DNA from: a virus
Taxonomy: Duplodnaviria > Caudoviricetes
Length of the DNA: 55,433 nt
Virus record (IMG/VR): IMGVR_UViG_3300043449_001455
Coordinates: 1-55,433 of that record
Direction: 5' to 3' (one strand)
Below the pieces are notes generated by a model. That model worked only from the letters and a program-made list of their open reading frames with translations. It was not told where the DNA came from and did no database searches. Both the position numbers and the translations under genes were made by a program. Below, piece after piece: positions 16,762-25,614 of the stretch; positions within the stretch are counted from its first letter, which is position 1, and the number at the start of each line of letters is the position of its first letter.

Positions 16762-17099
16762 CCCACCCCATCACCCCACCGCCGGAGCTGGTGCAGCAGT
16801 GGGTTGAAGAAACGCGCTCGCATGATTGCATTGGCTCTTATCCAGAAGACCTTGAGCAGCGAATTGCTACCCGCGCCGCCCAATGGGGCGCCGACCAGGA
16901 GCTGGAGGCGTGCTGCCAGTACTTTGCCCGCGATCTCCGTGAAAGTCTTGCGCTAGAACTCCGCGCCGCCCGCCGCCCCAAGCCTCAAACGCTAAACAGC
17001 ATTGCCTTGCAAATGCTGGGCACAATCGAGCGCGACGCGCACTATCTGCCCGAGATCACCGACACCATCCGCCGCGCCCTAGAGGCCCTGCCCGAATGA
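16758..17099 (+). CDS. Mosaic-type hypothetical protein
   Basis: HPITPPPELVQQW...AAQWGADQELEACC...LRAARRPKP...TIRRALEALPE. Confidence 0.8.
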   Translation: MTHPITPPPELVQQWVEETRSHDCIGSYPEDLEQRIATRAAQWGADQELEACCQYFARDLRESLALELRAARRPKPQTLNSIALQMLGTIERDAHYLPEITDTIRRALEALPE

Positions 17100-17305
17100 C
17101 TTACGTTTCAGGCCATAGCCAAGAAATACGAGGGCTGCTTGATGCTTTGGGCATTTCGCATGAAGCCGTTACAGTTCGCTTGCTTGTTGAACCCGATCAA
17201 CTTGTTCGAGTTCAAGTAGAGCGGCTGGTTACTGCTGACGAGATAGGTGAGATAACAGAGTGGGTTCTCAAGCACGGCATCAAAGCGGAGCAACTCGATG
17301 ACTGA
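17096..17305 (+). CDS. Hypothetical protein, AT-richer than neighbours
   Basis: Overlap-coupled at both ends. Confidence 0.65.
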   Translation: MTYVSGHSQEIRGLLDALGISHEAVTVRLLVEPDQLVRVQVERLVTADEIGEITEWVLKHGIKAEQLDD

Positions 17306-17699
17306 CTACCTCTCTCTGCGGATCAGCGCCGTCAGCGCCCGTTGCAAGTTCGGCGCCATGATCCACGACTGGTATCGCTGCAATGGCTGGCAGCGCTGGG
17401 CCTTGGCATCCTGGGCTGAATCAGCAGGCTTCCATGCCATTCCCTATGGCCGGATACCTGACATCTTTGGCGGCACTGCCGGGGAACTGTCAAGGCAAGA
17501 CTTCGAAGCCCTCGCTGAAGCGAACCGCCGGCTTGCTGCTAGGGACTACGGCACCTTCGCCAACTACCGGGATGCGCAGGCCATCAGCAATGGCGTACCA
17601 CTGCTCCATGAGAGCGGCGCACCTTGGTCCGCTTCTGACTTCTGGGCCTGCTATTGCGGGCTGCTTGCACCCACCCGCCCCTTGACTCGCCATGACTGA
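17298..17699 (+). CDS. Hypothetical protein
   Basis: ATGACTGA-coupled at both ends. Confidence 0.65.
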   Translation: MTDYLSLRISAVSARCKFGAMIHDWYRCNGWQRWALASWAESAGFHAIPYGRIPDIFGGTAGELSRQDFEALAEANRRLAARDYGTFANYRDAQAISNGVPLLHESGAPWSASDFWACYCGLLAPTRPLTRHD

Positions 17700-17976
17700 C
17701 TACCGCGCCCTGTGCGCCCGCATGGCTGACGAGCTGGATCATTACCGCCAGCTCCTAATGGATGATCGCCGCGAGACTCATGCGTTGGCGGCTGAAGCTC
17801 GCGCGACCCTGGCCCAGCCCGAGCCGCAGGGGGCGACGGATGAGGAGCTGTACAACTACTGGATCAGCACCTCTCCAGAGTTTGGCTGCGCCGATCCTGT
17901 TGGTTTTGCCCGCGCCGTCCTCGCCCGCTGGGGCCGCCCCGCCATCAAGCCGGTGCCGCAGCAGGAGGCTGAGTGA
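17692..17976 (+). CDS. Mosaic-type hypothetical protein
   Basis: TDYRALC...LAQPEPQGATDEEL...FARAVLARWG. Confidence 0.75.
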   Translation: MTDYRALCARMADELDHYRQLLMDDRRETHALAAEARATLAQPEPQGATDEELYNYWISTSPEFGCADPVGFARAVLARWGRPAIKPVPQQEAE

Positions 17977-18260
17977 TGACTGACCTCTCCCCCGCCGCGC
18001 AGGCAGTCTTGACTGCCTTCGGCAAGCATCCCTTGCACGGTGACCACGTAGCCGAAACGCTGATGCACGGTGCGCTACCCGCCGCTCTCCGCGTTGCTGC
18101 GCAAACACTTGCCTACGAAGCTCACGGCGAAGGCTGGTTTGAGTTGGTCGTAGATGCTGCTGACCTTTATGCCATCGCCGCCGAGCTGGAGGGTGATGGA
18201 CCGGCTGTGTCGGCAGACAGGGAACCGGCCTCTATCGTGATCGACGCCAACCCACGATGA
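17973..18260 (+). CDS. Mosaic-type hypothetical protein
   Basis: LSPAAQAVL...AALRVAA...AIAAELE. Confidence 0.75.
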   Translation: MMTDLSPAAQAVLTAFGKHPLHGDHVAETLMHGALPAALRVAAQTLAYEAHGEGWFELVVDAADLYAIAAELEGDGPAVSADREPASIVIDANPR

Positions 18261-18346
18261 CCCTGCTTCAGTTCCTCTACCTCACAGGCGCCTACTGCGT
18301 CGTCTGCCTGCTGCTGATCTGCTTCTTCAAGAAAATTCTCCCATGA
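18257..18346 (+). CDS. Single-TM peptide (29 aa; below ORF-track cutoff)
   Basis: MTLLQFLYLTGAYCVVCLLLICFFKKILP; ATGA overlaps at both ends. Confidence 0.55.
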   Translation: MTLLQFLYLTGAYCVVCLLLICFFKKILP

Positions 18347-18501
18347 CCGTTGGCTATTACCGCATCCGCCTGCGGGATCCCGCTGGCAACATCAAGGTCT
18401 GGTGTACCTGGGCGGTCAGCGCCACCAATGCCCATTGGATGGCAGCTGAACTGCACCCCGGCTACCAGGTCGAAGTTCTTGGCTTGGAGGACGAATGGTG
18501 A
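18343..18501 (+). CDS. Hypothetical protein (52 aa; below ORF-track cutoff)
   Basis: MTVGYYRIRLRD...LEDEW; coupled at both ends. Confidence 0.6.
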   Translation: MTVGYYRIRLRDPAGNIKVWCTWAVSATNAHWMAAELHPGYQVEVLGLEDEW

Positions 18502-18692
18502 TTCATTCTGAGCAAGGCGTCTGGCAGGGGCAGAACCATCCCTGCTACGGCGCCCACCCATCCGAATACGGGTTTACCCTGATGTTCCGGCCCTGGGTTT
18601 ACGACGGCACCCACGTTCGTTGGGGCCCCGGGTACGAGACCCATTCCGAAGCTCTCCTGGCCGCAAAGCGGCTCGCTGGACACGATGTTTGA
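18495..18692 (+). CDS. Hypothetical protein
   Basis: Operon packing. Confidence 0.6.
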   Translation: MVIHSEQGVWQGQNHPCYGAHPSEYGFTLMFRPWVYDGTHVRWGPGYETHSEALLAAKRLAGHDV

Positions 18693-18897
18693 CTGCCACC
18701 CCACGACCGAACAGATGAAGGCCGAGTTCCTCGACGAGCTCTATGAGCAGTCGGGCCGTGACGACCTTCCCTATGCCCACCCTCTGCGCTCCACCTACAC
18801 CGGCCTCTGGCAGGAATTCACCCAGCGCTCGGCTGAAGAGGCCCGGCAGGCCTGGTGGGATGTGAAGCAGATCGATTCATCGGCATTCGATCGATGA
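18685..18897 (+). CDS. Hypothetical protein
   Basis: FLDELYEQSGR...HP...TYTGLW motif. Confidence 0.7.
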   Translation: MFDCHPTTEQMKAEFLDELYEQSGRDDLPYAHPLRSTYTGLWQEFTQRSAEEARQAWWDVKQIDSSAFDR

Positions 18898-19427
18898 GCA
18901 GGATCATCGGCCTCTACAGCCCGGCGCCACAGTCGGGCAAGACCTTCGCGGCCACAGCGCTCGCGCACCAGGGCTTCCAGCCGATCAGCTTTGCCGAGCC
19001 ACTCAAGCAGATGGCTGTCGTCTTTCTTGAGAGCTTCGGCTACCGGGAGGATGAGGCCCTGAAGCTGGTTTGGGTCGACAAGCACAAGTATCTGCCCGAA
19101 CTTGGCTGCACAGCCCGGTGGCTGCTGCAGACCATCGGGACAGAGTGGGGCCGGCAGAAGATCGCCGACGATGTCTGGATCCGCTGCTGGCAAGCCCGGG
19201 TCGAGCGTCATGACAAGGTCGTGACAGACGACGTGCGCTTCCTCAACGAGGCCGAGGCGATCAAGGCTGCCGGTGGCGAGATGTGGAAGGTGGTACGGCG
19301 TTCTGCCGTACACGATGGCAGCCACGAATCGGAAGGTGCTCTGGACAATTGGGACGGATTTGATGCCGTGATCGATAATGACGGCAGTCTCGAAGATTTC
19401 CGTCGCAAGATCGACGCACTGCTCTGA
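18894..19427 (+). CDS. Deoxynucleoside monophosphate kinase (T4 gp1-like)
   Basis: QSGKT, SFAEPLK, LLQTIGTEWGR, DDVRFLNE, HESE. Confidence 0.9.
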   Translation: MSRIIGLYSPAPQSGKTFAATALAHQGFQPISFAEPLKQMAVVFLESFGYREDEALKLVWVDKHKYLPELGCTARWLLQTIGTEWGRQKIADDVWIRCWQARVERHDKVVTDDVRFLNEAEAIKAAGGEMWKVVRRSAVHDGSHESEGALDNWDGFDAVIDNDGSLEDFRRKIDALL

Positions 19428-19765
19428 TGGCGATGATGCGGTTTCATGCAGGGCGGATGGTGCTCTACCTTGAGCACTCCGTCTGGCATGTCCGCATCAA
19501 GCTCGGCAACAGGCCCCACCAGCAGGTGGAGTCATCGCTGCAGACGCAACAGGCCGAAGCGGCGATCTTCAAAGCCGAACGGATTTACTCGGACCTCAAG
19601 CGCAAGCTGAACAGCAAGGCCGACAACAAGCCGCTGTGCTGGCAGTGCATCCACTGGGAGGGGCTGAAGGCGCAGTGCTCTTTCGGCTGGCCCGAAGCCC
19701 GCCAGACTGGTGGCAGATTTGCAGCCCAATGCTCGGTGTTCAAGGCATGCCCAACCCGACAGTGA
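19427..19765 (+). CDS. Hypothetical protein with C-terminal Cys motif
   Basis: CWQCIHW...CSFGWPE...AAQC, similar to the C-terminus of 15078-15530. Confidence 0.7.
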   Translation: MAMMRFHAGRMVLYLEHSVWHVRIKLGNRPHQQVESSLQTQQAEAAIFKAERIYSDLKRKLNSKADNKPLCWQCIHWEGLKAQCSFGWPEARQTGGRFAAQCSVFKACPTRQ

Positions 19766-19920
19766 TCAGCTCGATGGAGCGCGACGGCGGCACGATCGAA
19801 ACGCTTGAGCCCGCTGGTGGTGGTGAGCTGTACTACCGCAGCTGCGCCAACGGCTACTGCCGGTATTCGAGCGACCTGTGGCAGGCCGAGATCTACCTCG
19901 ACCACCTGCTGGCTCGGTGA
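19747..19920 (+). CDS. Hypothetical protein
   Basis: YYRSCANGYCRYSSDLWQA. Confidence 0.7.
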   Translation: MPNPTVISSMERDGGTIETLEPAGGGELYYRSCANGYCRYSSDLWQAEIYLDHLLAR

Positions 19921-20015
19921 ATGGTTGGGAGGTGGCGCCGGCTCTCGCACCTGCACGCCTCACCGCAGCCCCCCTGCTACGGAATGCCCAGCGATTAGAT
20001 CGTTGGACCGGAAGC

Positions 20016-20345
20016 CTAGCAGGAATTCCGGCCGCCGTCCTGCTCCAGCCACTGCAGGATTGCCTGCTCCTGGAGCTCAGAGTGGAACGACTGCGAGCGG
20101 AACCAGCCCTCCCAGTCGTGGTGCATCTTGTGGCTGTTGCAAGCCAGGCAGCAGGCCACCAGGTTCTCGCGGACGGTGAGCCCGCCCTTCACCTTCGGCA
20201 CCACGTGATCAAGCGTCGCAGAGCGCCCCAGTGGCTCCCGGCAGTACGCGCAGGCATAGTCCCAAGCCAGAAGGATCTGGTCACGGAACCGGAGCTTCGC
20301 CTCCTTCCTCGGGATCAGCTCGGTCTCCGAGATCTGATGATCCAC
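20016..20345 (-). CDS. HNH endonuclease
   Basis: CAYC...DHVVP..GG....NLV..C..CN. Confidence 0.9.
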   Translation of the reverse strand: MDHQISETELIPRKEAKLRFRDQILLAWDYACAYCREPLGRSATLDHVVPKVKGGLTVRENLVACCLACNSHKMHHDWEGWFRSQSFHSELQEQAILQWLEQDGGRNSC

Positions 20346-20514
20346 CTGGCTCCTGGGGTAGGGGAAAGGCATCCAGTTCGATGTCGACGATGTGCTCGTC
20401 GTCGGGGATGAACTCAGCGATCCGCGAGTAGGTGTTCGCGAGGAATTCCTCGATGGAATCCTCGTCGCTATGCACCACGACCTTGGCGGCCACTTCCAAC
20501 AGGTAGGTCGCCAT
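20281..20514 (-). CDS. Hypothetical acidic protein
   Basis: MATYLLEVAAKVVV...; downstream of the tRNA. Confidence 0.6.
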   Translation of the reverse strand: MATYLLEVAAKVVVHSDEDSIEEFLANTYSRIAEFIPDDEHIVDIELDAFPLPQEPGGSSDLGDRADPEEGGEAPVP

Positions 20515-20649
20515 CGGCGCCACCGGCAAGGTCTCGAACCACGGTAGCCACTGCAACCGCACTGAACGATTTCTTTGGGATCACTGCGGGATTCGGACGT
20601 GCGCGTAAGAAATACGGACGTGTTCGTAAGGTACGAACAATTGATGAAA

Positions 20650-20725
20650 TGGTGAGCCGGGAGGGATTCGAACCCTCGGCCAGTTGATTAAAAGTCAACT
20701 GCTCTACCCCTGAGCTACCGGCTCC
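20650..20725 (-). tRNA. tRNA-Lys (UUU), 76 nt with encoded CCA
   Basis: GGAGCCG acceptor stem, D-arm AGCTCAGGGGTAGAGC, anticodon arm GTTGA-CTTTTAA-TCAAC, T-loop GTTCGAATC, 3' ACCA. Confidence 0.95.
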
Positions 20726-20730
20726 AAGCC

Positions 20731-20959
20731 TGCGCGAATGCTGCGCGAACGGCTATTTTGCTACTTGCTAACCCCTTGCGTTCAAATGCAAATTTGCCGT
20801 CGATCAACTGATTAAAAGTCTCTTTCTATGGTCTCACGGAACTTCACGGAATCTCATTAAGTATCTGAATAACCGGCATTTATTAGGATTGCTTTTTCCG
20901 CGCCGTTCGCGCAACTTACCGCAAATTCGCGCAAATCTGCGCGAATAGTGCGCGAACGG
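20731..20959. other. Putative attP: core TGATTAAAAGTC with arm-type repeats
   Basis: Core at 20809-20820 equals the tRNA anticodon arm (20685-20696); TGCGCGAA at 20731, 20742, 20938, 20949 and inverted at 20906, 20926; directly upstream of the integrase. Confidence 0.7.
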
Positions 20960-20967
20960 AGGGACGC

Positions 20968-22107
20968 ATGAAGCGTGACTGGAAGCCCGATACGAAGGTG
21001 GCCGGCCTGGGCCTGATGGTCATGCCGAGCGGGGTGTCGACCTGGTATCTGCGCTACCGCGAACCGGGCGGCAAACAGCAGCACCACAAGATCGGCCGGG
21101 CCGATGTCCTCAACCGCACGCTGGCCCGCGAGGAGGCGCAGAAGATCCTCGTGGCCGCCGCCCAGGGCAAGTCGCCCACCAGCGCCCGCCAGGAGCTGCG
21201 CACGGCCCCGACCATGGCCGACCTGTACCGGCGGATGGTCGCCGAGCACTACCCGAAACTGCGCCCGGGCACCGCAAAGAACTACAAGAGCATCTGGGAC
21301 GTTCACATCATCCCCAAGCTCGGCCGGCACAAGATCCAGGCGGTCACCAGCGCCGACGTGATGAAGCTGTTGATGCGAATCCGGCCGATCCAAGCCAACC
21401 GGTGCCTGGCAGTGCTGCGCAAGGCGTTCAACCTCGCGATCCTGTGGCAGCTGCGCCCCGACAACCCCTGCTCCAAGGTGCCGAGCAACACCGAGCGCAA
21501 GCGGCGGCGCTATCTGTCAAACGAAGAGCGGCAGCGGCTGGTGGCTGCACTGGATGCGATAGCCACGTCGCCACTGCGGTGGCGTTTCGCGCAGCTGGTG
21601 CGGTTGCTGATGCTGACGGGGTGCCGGGTGGGTGAGATCTGCCGCGGCAGGTGGGATTGGGTCGACGAGAAGGCAGGGCTGATGGTGATCCCGCCAGAGA
21701 GTCACAAAACCGGCCAGAAGGTGGGCCACGAGCGCGTAGTGCATATTCCTCCTGCAGGAATTCTCATCTTGAGAGAACTGCGTCTCAAATCGAATACACA
21801 GTGGATTATCGCAGGGGATGGCGACGGCCACCTAGTGGGGTATCAGAAGCTCTGGGAGGAGTTGATGCGCATCGCTGAAATCAAAAATTTCCGCGTGCAT
21901 GATGCTCGGCATCACTGGGCATCGGTGGCGATCACCAAGGTCGGCTTGACGCTGCCACAGGTCGGCAGCCTGCTTGGCCATGCCAGCCCGCTCACCACCA
22001 GCCGCTATGCCCACCTGCTGGAAGATGGCGCACAGGCGATGGCCGGAGCCGTTGCCGATCAGATTGGCGTCGGATCGTCGCCGTCCTGGAAGCGACAGGC
22101 GATGTAG
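20968..22107 (+). CDS. int: Tyrosine integrase with N-terminal arm-binding domain
   Basis: TGCRVGE (R), HDARH (HxxR), LLGH, RYAH (Y); GGAGGG RBS. Confidence 0.95.
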   Translation: MKRDWKPDTKVAGLGLMVMPSGVSTWYLRYREPGGKQQHHKIGRADVLNRTLAREEAQKILVAAAQGKSPTSARQELRTAPTMADLYRRMVAEHYPKLRPGTAKNYKSIWDVHIIPKLGRHKIQAVTSADVMKLLMRIRPIQANRCLAVLRKAFNLAILWQLRPDNPCSKVPSNTERKRRRYLSNEERQRLVAALDAIATSPLRWRFAQLVRLLMLTGCRVGEICRGRWDWVDEKAGLMVIPPESHKTGQKVGHERVVHIPPAGILILRELRLKSNTQWIIAGDGDGHLVGYQKLWEELMRIAEIKNFRVHDARHHWASVAITKVGLTLPQVGSLLGHASPLTTSRYAHLLEDGAQAMAGAVADQIGVGSSPSWKRQAM

Positions 22108-22370
22108 GCCGGCTCGCCCTCGTCGCTCAGTACCGGCTGCACCTCCTCGTCGCAGATCATGTTGAACAACGACACGTGGGCCATCACCTCGGTGAGGTGG
22201 TTGGCCAGCGCGGTGTACTCGCTCTCGCCAACGATGCCGATGCTGTCCGGGTCGGCGTAGACCAGAAACATCATGGCCGCCTCCTTTGGGCGGCCGTCAC
22301 GAAACAGGTCGTAGGCCGTGCGCAGCCCTTCTTCGGGCGTCACCGTGCCATCGCGGGTGGCGAATCTCAT
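22059..22370 (-). CDS. Hypothetical acidic protein
   Basis: ATGA-coupled to thyX; 3' end overlaps the integrase end. Confidence 0.65.
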   Translation of the reverse strand: MRFATRDGTVTPEEGLRTAYDLFRDGRPKEAAMMFLVYADPDSIGIVGESEYTALANHLTEVMAHVSLFNMICDEEVQPVLSDEGEPAYIACRFQDGDDPTPI

Positions 22371-23098
22371 GGCGCGAGACGGGCTTTGTGCAGCCTAGTG
22401 CGCTCGTACCAAGCCGCGATCTCTGGCGCCCAACGGTGAATCACCGGCCACATCAGATCGCACATTGCCTGGATCTCGGGCTGGGCGTCGGCCTTGGCGC
22501 GCAGATCCATAAAGTGCAGCGCCGAGCGCAGGTTGAACGACACCACGAAGTTCTGGCGGAAGTCGAACGGGATCATGCCGCGGGCGTGCTCCTCGGCCCA
22601 GCCAAGGCTGATTTTGTTTTCGTAGGTGCGGGCTGCGAACAGGCAGTCGGCCAGGTCTGATTCGCGCTGCTCCTCGCTGTAGGTGTATTTCTTGCCCTTG
22701 CGGTCGCGGTATTCGCCGGCCGGTCGCAGGTAAAACACGTCCTCGATGCTGATCTCATCGTTGGCGGCCCGGCAAAGCCGCAGGCCGGTGTAGCGCATCG
22801 ACTGCACGTCGAAACTGATGCCTACGCGATGCGTGCGTGCCTGCTGCATCACCGAATGCGGAAATCCGGCGGTGGCCATGGTGATGGTCGGGTGCTCCAG
22901 CGGGCCGTAGTGGCCGCGCTCGCCGGCGAGCAGGTGCTTGACCACGAGCTTACCGGCCTCTTCCTCCTCGGGCGCGTCACAGTCGAGCACCGTGCCCTCG
23001 AAATAGTCCTGGTGCATCGCCATCCAGACCAGCTGCTGGGGTGCCATCGTCCAGTTGATGGCGTCGATGCGGAAGCGGGGGTCGTTCAGGCTTCCCAT
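22367..23098 (-). CDS. thyX: Flavin-dependent thymidylate synthase
   Basis: GHYGPLEH, QARTHRVGISFDVQSMRY, EEHARG, NLRSALHF, AQPEI (cyanobacterial-type variant). Confidence 0.93.
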   Translation of the reverse strand: MGSLNDPRFRIDAINWTMAPQQLVWMAMHQDYFEGTVLDCDAPEEEEAGKLVVKHLLAGERGHYGPLEHPTITMATAGFPHSVMQQARTHRVGISFDVQSMRYTGLRLCRAANDEISIEDVFYLRPAGEYRDRKGKKYTYSEEQRESDLADCLFAARTYENKISLGWAEEHARGMIPFDFRQNFVVSFNLRSALHFMDLRAKADAQPEIQAMCDLMWPVIHRWAPEIAAWYERTRLHKARLAP

Positions 23099-23604
23099 GA
23101 CGGCATCACTTGGGGTTGAGAGTTGTAGTGGCCGACCTCGGCGTAGGAGATGTCCGGGATCCCGGCGGTCAGCATGAACACCATCTGGCCGATCTTGAGG
23201 CCGGGCCACAGGCGCAGCGGCCGCAGCTGGCGGGCATTGGTGAGCTCCAGCGTCAGCTTCGACCCGGTCCATTGCGGATCCGCGAAGCCGGCATGGCTGT
23301 GCTCCAGGCCCTCGCGCGCGCGGCTCGATTTCAGGAAGAAGAAGCCCGCCACATCGTCGGGCATGTTGAACGTCTCGAACGTCTCGGCGAGGATCCACTG
23401 GCCGGGCTTGAGCAGGTATGGATCGGCCTGGGTGTGAGCACTGATGTTGACGCGCACCAGCGTGTCGGTGGTGGCGCTCTCGATCATGATCTCGTTGCCC
23501 AGCAGCAGGTCGTAGCTGGCCGGGTTGAGCTGGTCGAGATCGAAGGGAACGATCATCCGCTGCTCTTCGCAGAAGCGGCGAAGCTCGGTGTCGTGGAGTA
23601 TCAC
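23086..23604 (-). CDS. dcd: dCTP deaminase
   Basis: LNPASYDL, KSSRAREG, AGFADP, LTLEL, GLKIGQ. Confidence 0.9.
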   Translation of the reverse strand: MILHDTELRRFCEEQRMIVPFDLDQLNPASYDLLLGNEIMIESATTDTLVRVNISAHTQADPYLLKPGQWILAETFETFNMPDDVAGFFFLKSSRAREGLEHSHAGFADPQWTGSKLTLELTNARQLRPLRLWPGLKIGQMVFMLTAGIPDISYAEVGHYNSQPQVMPSWEA

Positions 23605-23867
23605 TGGGTCAAACTGCTTGCGGCTTCAGCGTACCCGTCATTGACCCTAGCTGAGATTACGTTTTGCGACTGCAACCTCTCCTTTTCATGCAGACAAAGC
23701 TAGTGCTGACACAAGTAGGCGATGATTTAGATATGTAAATACGAGCCGCAGGTCAGCTGCCTTTTCGCAGCAGGGGCCTTCAAGGCAGGCAGGGAAGATT
23801 ACGTTTACCTCATGCGCACAGCCCGCTGAGCGCAATCAACACAGCCTCGCCATTCGGCGTTACCTTC

Positions 23868-24428
23868 ATGCCTGCACCTCGCGTTTTTAAGGACGAATTC
23901 AAGTCTAAACTCCTGCGTATTGCTATTAGCCCAGACGAGCTGCTGGAGCGGCTCCAGTCCAAGACATGTCTGCAAGACCTGATCCTAGAAAACAACCGTG
24001 ATCACCTGATCAGCAATCGCCATTACAACACAGTAGGATATGTGCTGCAGTTGTTTGAGTATCTCGGACGCAACACTACTGCAGCCGAAATGATTGCCGC
24101 CAGCGAAGACTCTAAGCTCACTGAGCGGTCAATCCATGTTGCGGTCAACCGCCTGAACGAAATCCTGTACCAGCTGCTAGGCCTGCAGATTCAGCGAGTC
24201 CATGAGTCTGGTGAGCTGCGACTGGCCAACCAGAACGATGCAATCGCGGCCACCGAGAAGTTCGCCAAGCGGTTTGCCAAAGTCAGCGATGAGTTTGTTC
24301 ACACCATGAACGCCTATCGCGCCACCGGCGGTGATGTGGCAGGGCTGCTCGCCTCAAGCAGTGCCGGTCAGAAGCTGGCAGACCTGGGCCATGTTCTTGC
24401 CCCAGCGCAAGATGGCGCCCGGACCTGA
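23868..24428 (+). CDS. Hypothetical protein with OmpR/PhoB-like winged-helix segment
   Basis: TAAEMIAA...LTERSIHVAVNRLNEIL resembles the Trans_reg_C recognition helix; lower GC than flanks. Confidence 0.6.
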   Translation: MPAPRVFKDEFKSKLLRIAISPDELLERLQSKTCLQDLILENNRDHLISNRHYNTVGYVLQLFEYLGRNTTAAEMIAASEDSKLTERSIHVAVNRLNEILYQLLGLQIQRVHESGELRLANQNDAIAATEKFAKRFAKVSDEFVHTMNAYRATGGDVAGLLASSSAGQKLADLGHVLAPAQDGART

Positions 24429-24430
24429 TC

Positions 24431-24466
24431 AAAAAAAAGCGCCGCCCAACCTTGCATTGGGCGGCG
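24431..24466 (-). terminator. Strong intrinsic terminator for minus-strand transcription
   Basis: 10-bp stem CGCCGCCCAA/TTGGGCGGCG with an A8 run on its left. Confidence 0.8.
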
Positions 24467-24491
24467 ATCCTAAAAACACAGCAATTTCATC

Positions 24492-25583
24492 ATGTCACAC
24501 AACCTCACGATTAGTCCACTGATTGGACTACAGACTGTCTCTGACTCCATGAGCGCTGACGAACGATGTGCTGTTGGAGTCAGCAACATTGAGCTTCTCA
24601 TCGATCTGGAGTGGCGCTCCAACCTGTTGCTTGGTGCCGAGTTGAGCCGCATGAAATGGAGTGGGGACTTTACCCGCGACACGGTTTGGTCCGAGCAAGA
24701 CAAGGCACGTGGCTGGCCTGAATGGCTGAAGCGCCGAGGCTTTCGTCTGGGTGGCAGTGATTCTCCAATCCCAAGCGATACGGCTAATGCGCTAATTATG
24801 TGGTCGGTTCTTTATTCTTGTTTTGCAGATGAAAACCAGCGCCGTGCGGATCGTAGCCATCTGCCTCTGCCGTTGCCCACCAGCGTCAGTCAGCTGCGTC
24901 CCTACGCCAGCCTGATGCGGCGCGTTGATGACTGGCAGCCACCATCCCTGGATCAAGCCGGCAATCAGACCAGCTTTGAGATGGAGCCTCCCTTCACCGC
25001 CGATCAAGCCGAAGTGATCGCAGCATGGGAAGCGGCTTGGGAGACGATTCCGCCAGAAAAGCGCATCCGCAAGGGTGAATTGGTGCCGCCCAGCAAGCCT
25101 GTATCGGAACAGTATCTTCGAGAGCGCGAAGGCCTGAAGCGCTTGAGGGCGCGTGAGGAGCGCGACCTGGAGGCAGCCCGGCAACCGGCGCTGACGGTGG
25201 GGGCTGCGCCTGCCAGCGTCAAGCGGCAGCAGGAGGCAGCGCTAGGCGGTCCAGCGCGCGTTGCACCGGCGAGGGTGTCAGAGGCGCAGATCCAGGCCGA
25301 GCGCCGTGCCTACCAGGTGCAGCAGGACGCTAGGGACTACCGGTTAAAGCTAATGAACTTGCAGCAGTCAGCAGAATCTCTGCGCTCATTCCTCGCGGGA
25401 GTGTTGGCACGCGAGGGGAGTGATGCCTATCTGAATGAGCTGCGCGATCTGCCTGCTGGCATCTATTCGGTAGATCAAGACGCCGATCTACTGCGCACTG
25501 CCGTGGTGACGCTGCAGGAGGTGTTTCGGCTGGCCACTGAACCGTACTCCCCGCCTGCGCCGGTGCCGCGTGGCGTGGACTGA
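24492..25583 (+). CDS. Hypothetical protein (363 aa), loosely DUF3102-like N-terminus
   Basis: LLGAELSRMK...GWPEWLK...LPTSVSQLRP; coiled-coil C-terminus. Confidence 0.65.
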   Translation: MSHNLTISPLIGLQTVSDSMSADERCAVGVSNIELLIDLEWRSNLLLGAELSRMKWSGDFTRDTVWSEQDKARGWPEWLKRRGFRLGGSDSPIPSDTANALIMWSVLYSCFADENQRRADRSHLPLPLPTSVSQLRPYASLMRRVDDWQPPSLDQAGNQTSFEMEPPFTADQAEVIAAWEAAWETIPPEKRIRKGELVPPSKPVSEQYLREREGLKRLRAREERDLEAARQPALTVGAAPASVKRQQEAALGGPARVAPARVSEAQIQAERRAYQVQQDARDYRLKLMNLQQSAESLRSFLAGVLAREGSDAYLNELRDLPAGIYSVDQDADLLRTAVVTLQEVFRLATEPYSPPAPVPRGVD

Positions 25584-25614
25584 ACTGGAGGTGGGCGCTC
25601 AGCCCACCCCGAAG

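Noticed and set aside
20016-20345. HNH as a mobile homing element or intron
   Set aside because: Short free-standing HNH with no interrupted gene or intron structure visible.
18894-23604. DNA base-modification pathway
   Set aside because: dNMP kinase, thyX and dcd fit ordinary dTTP supply; no purZ, dpdA/que, methyltransferase or DNA polymerase gene was recognised.
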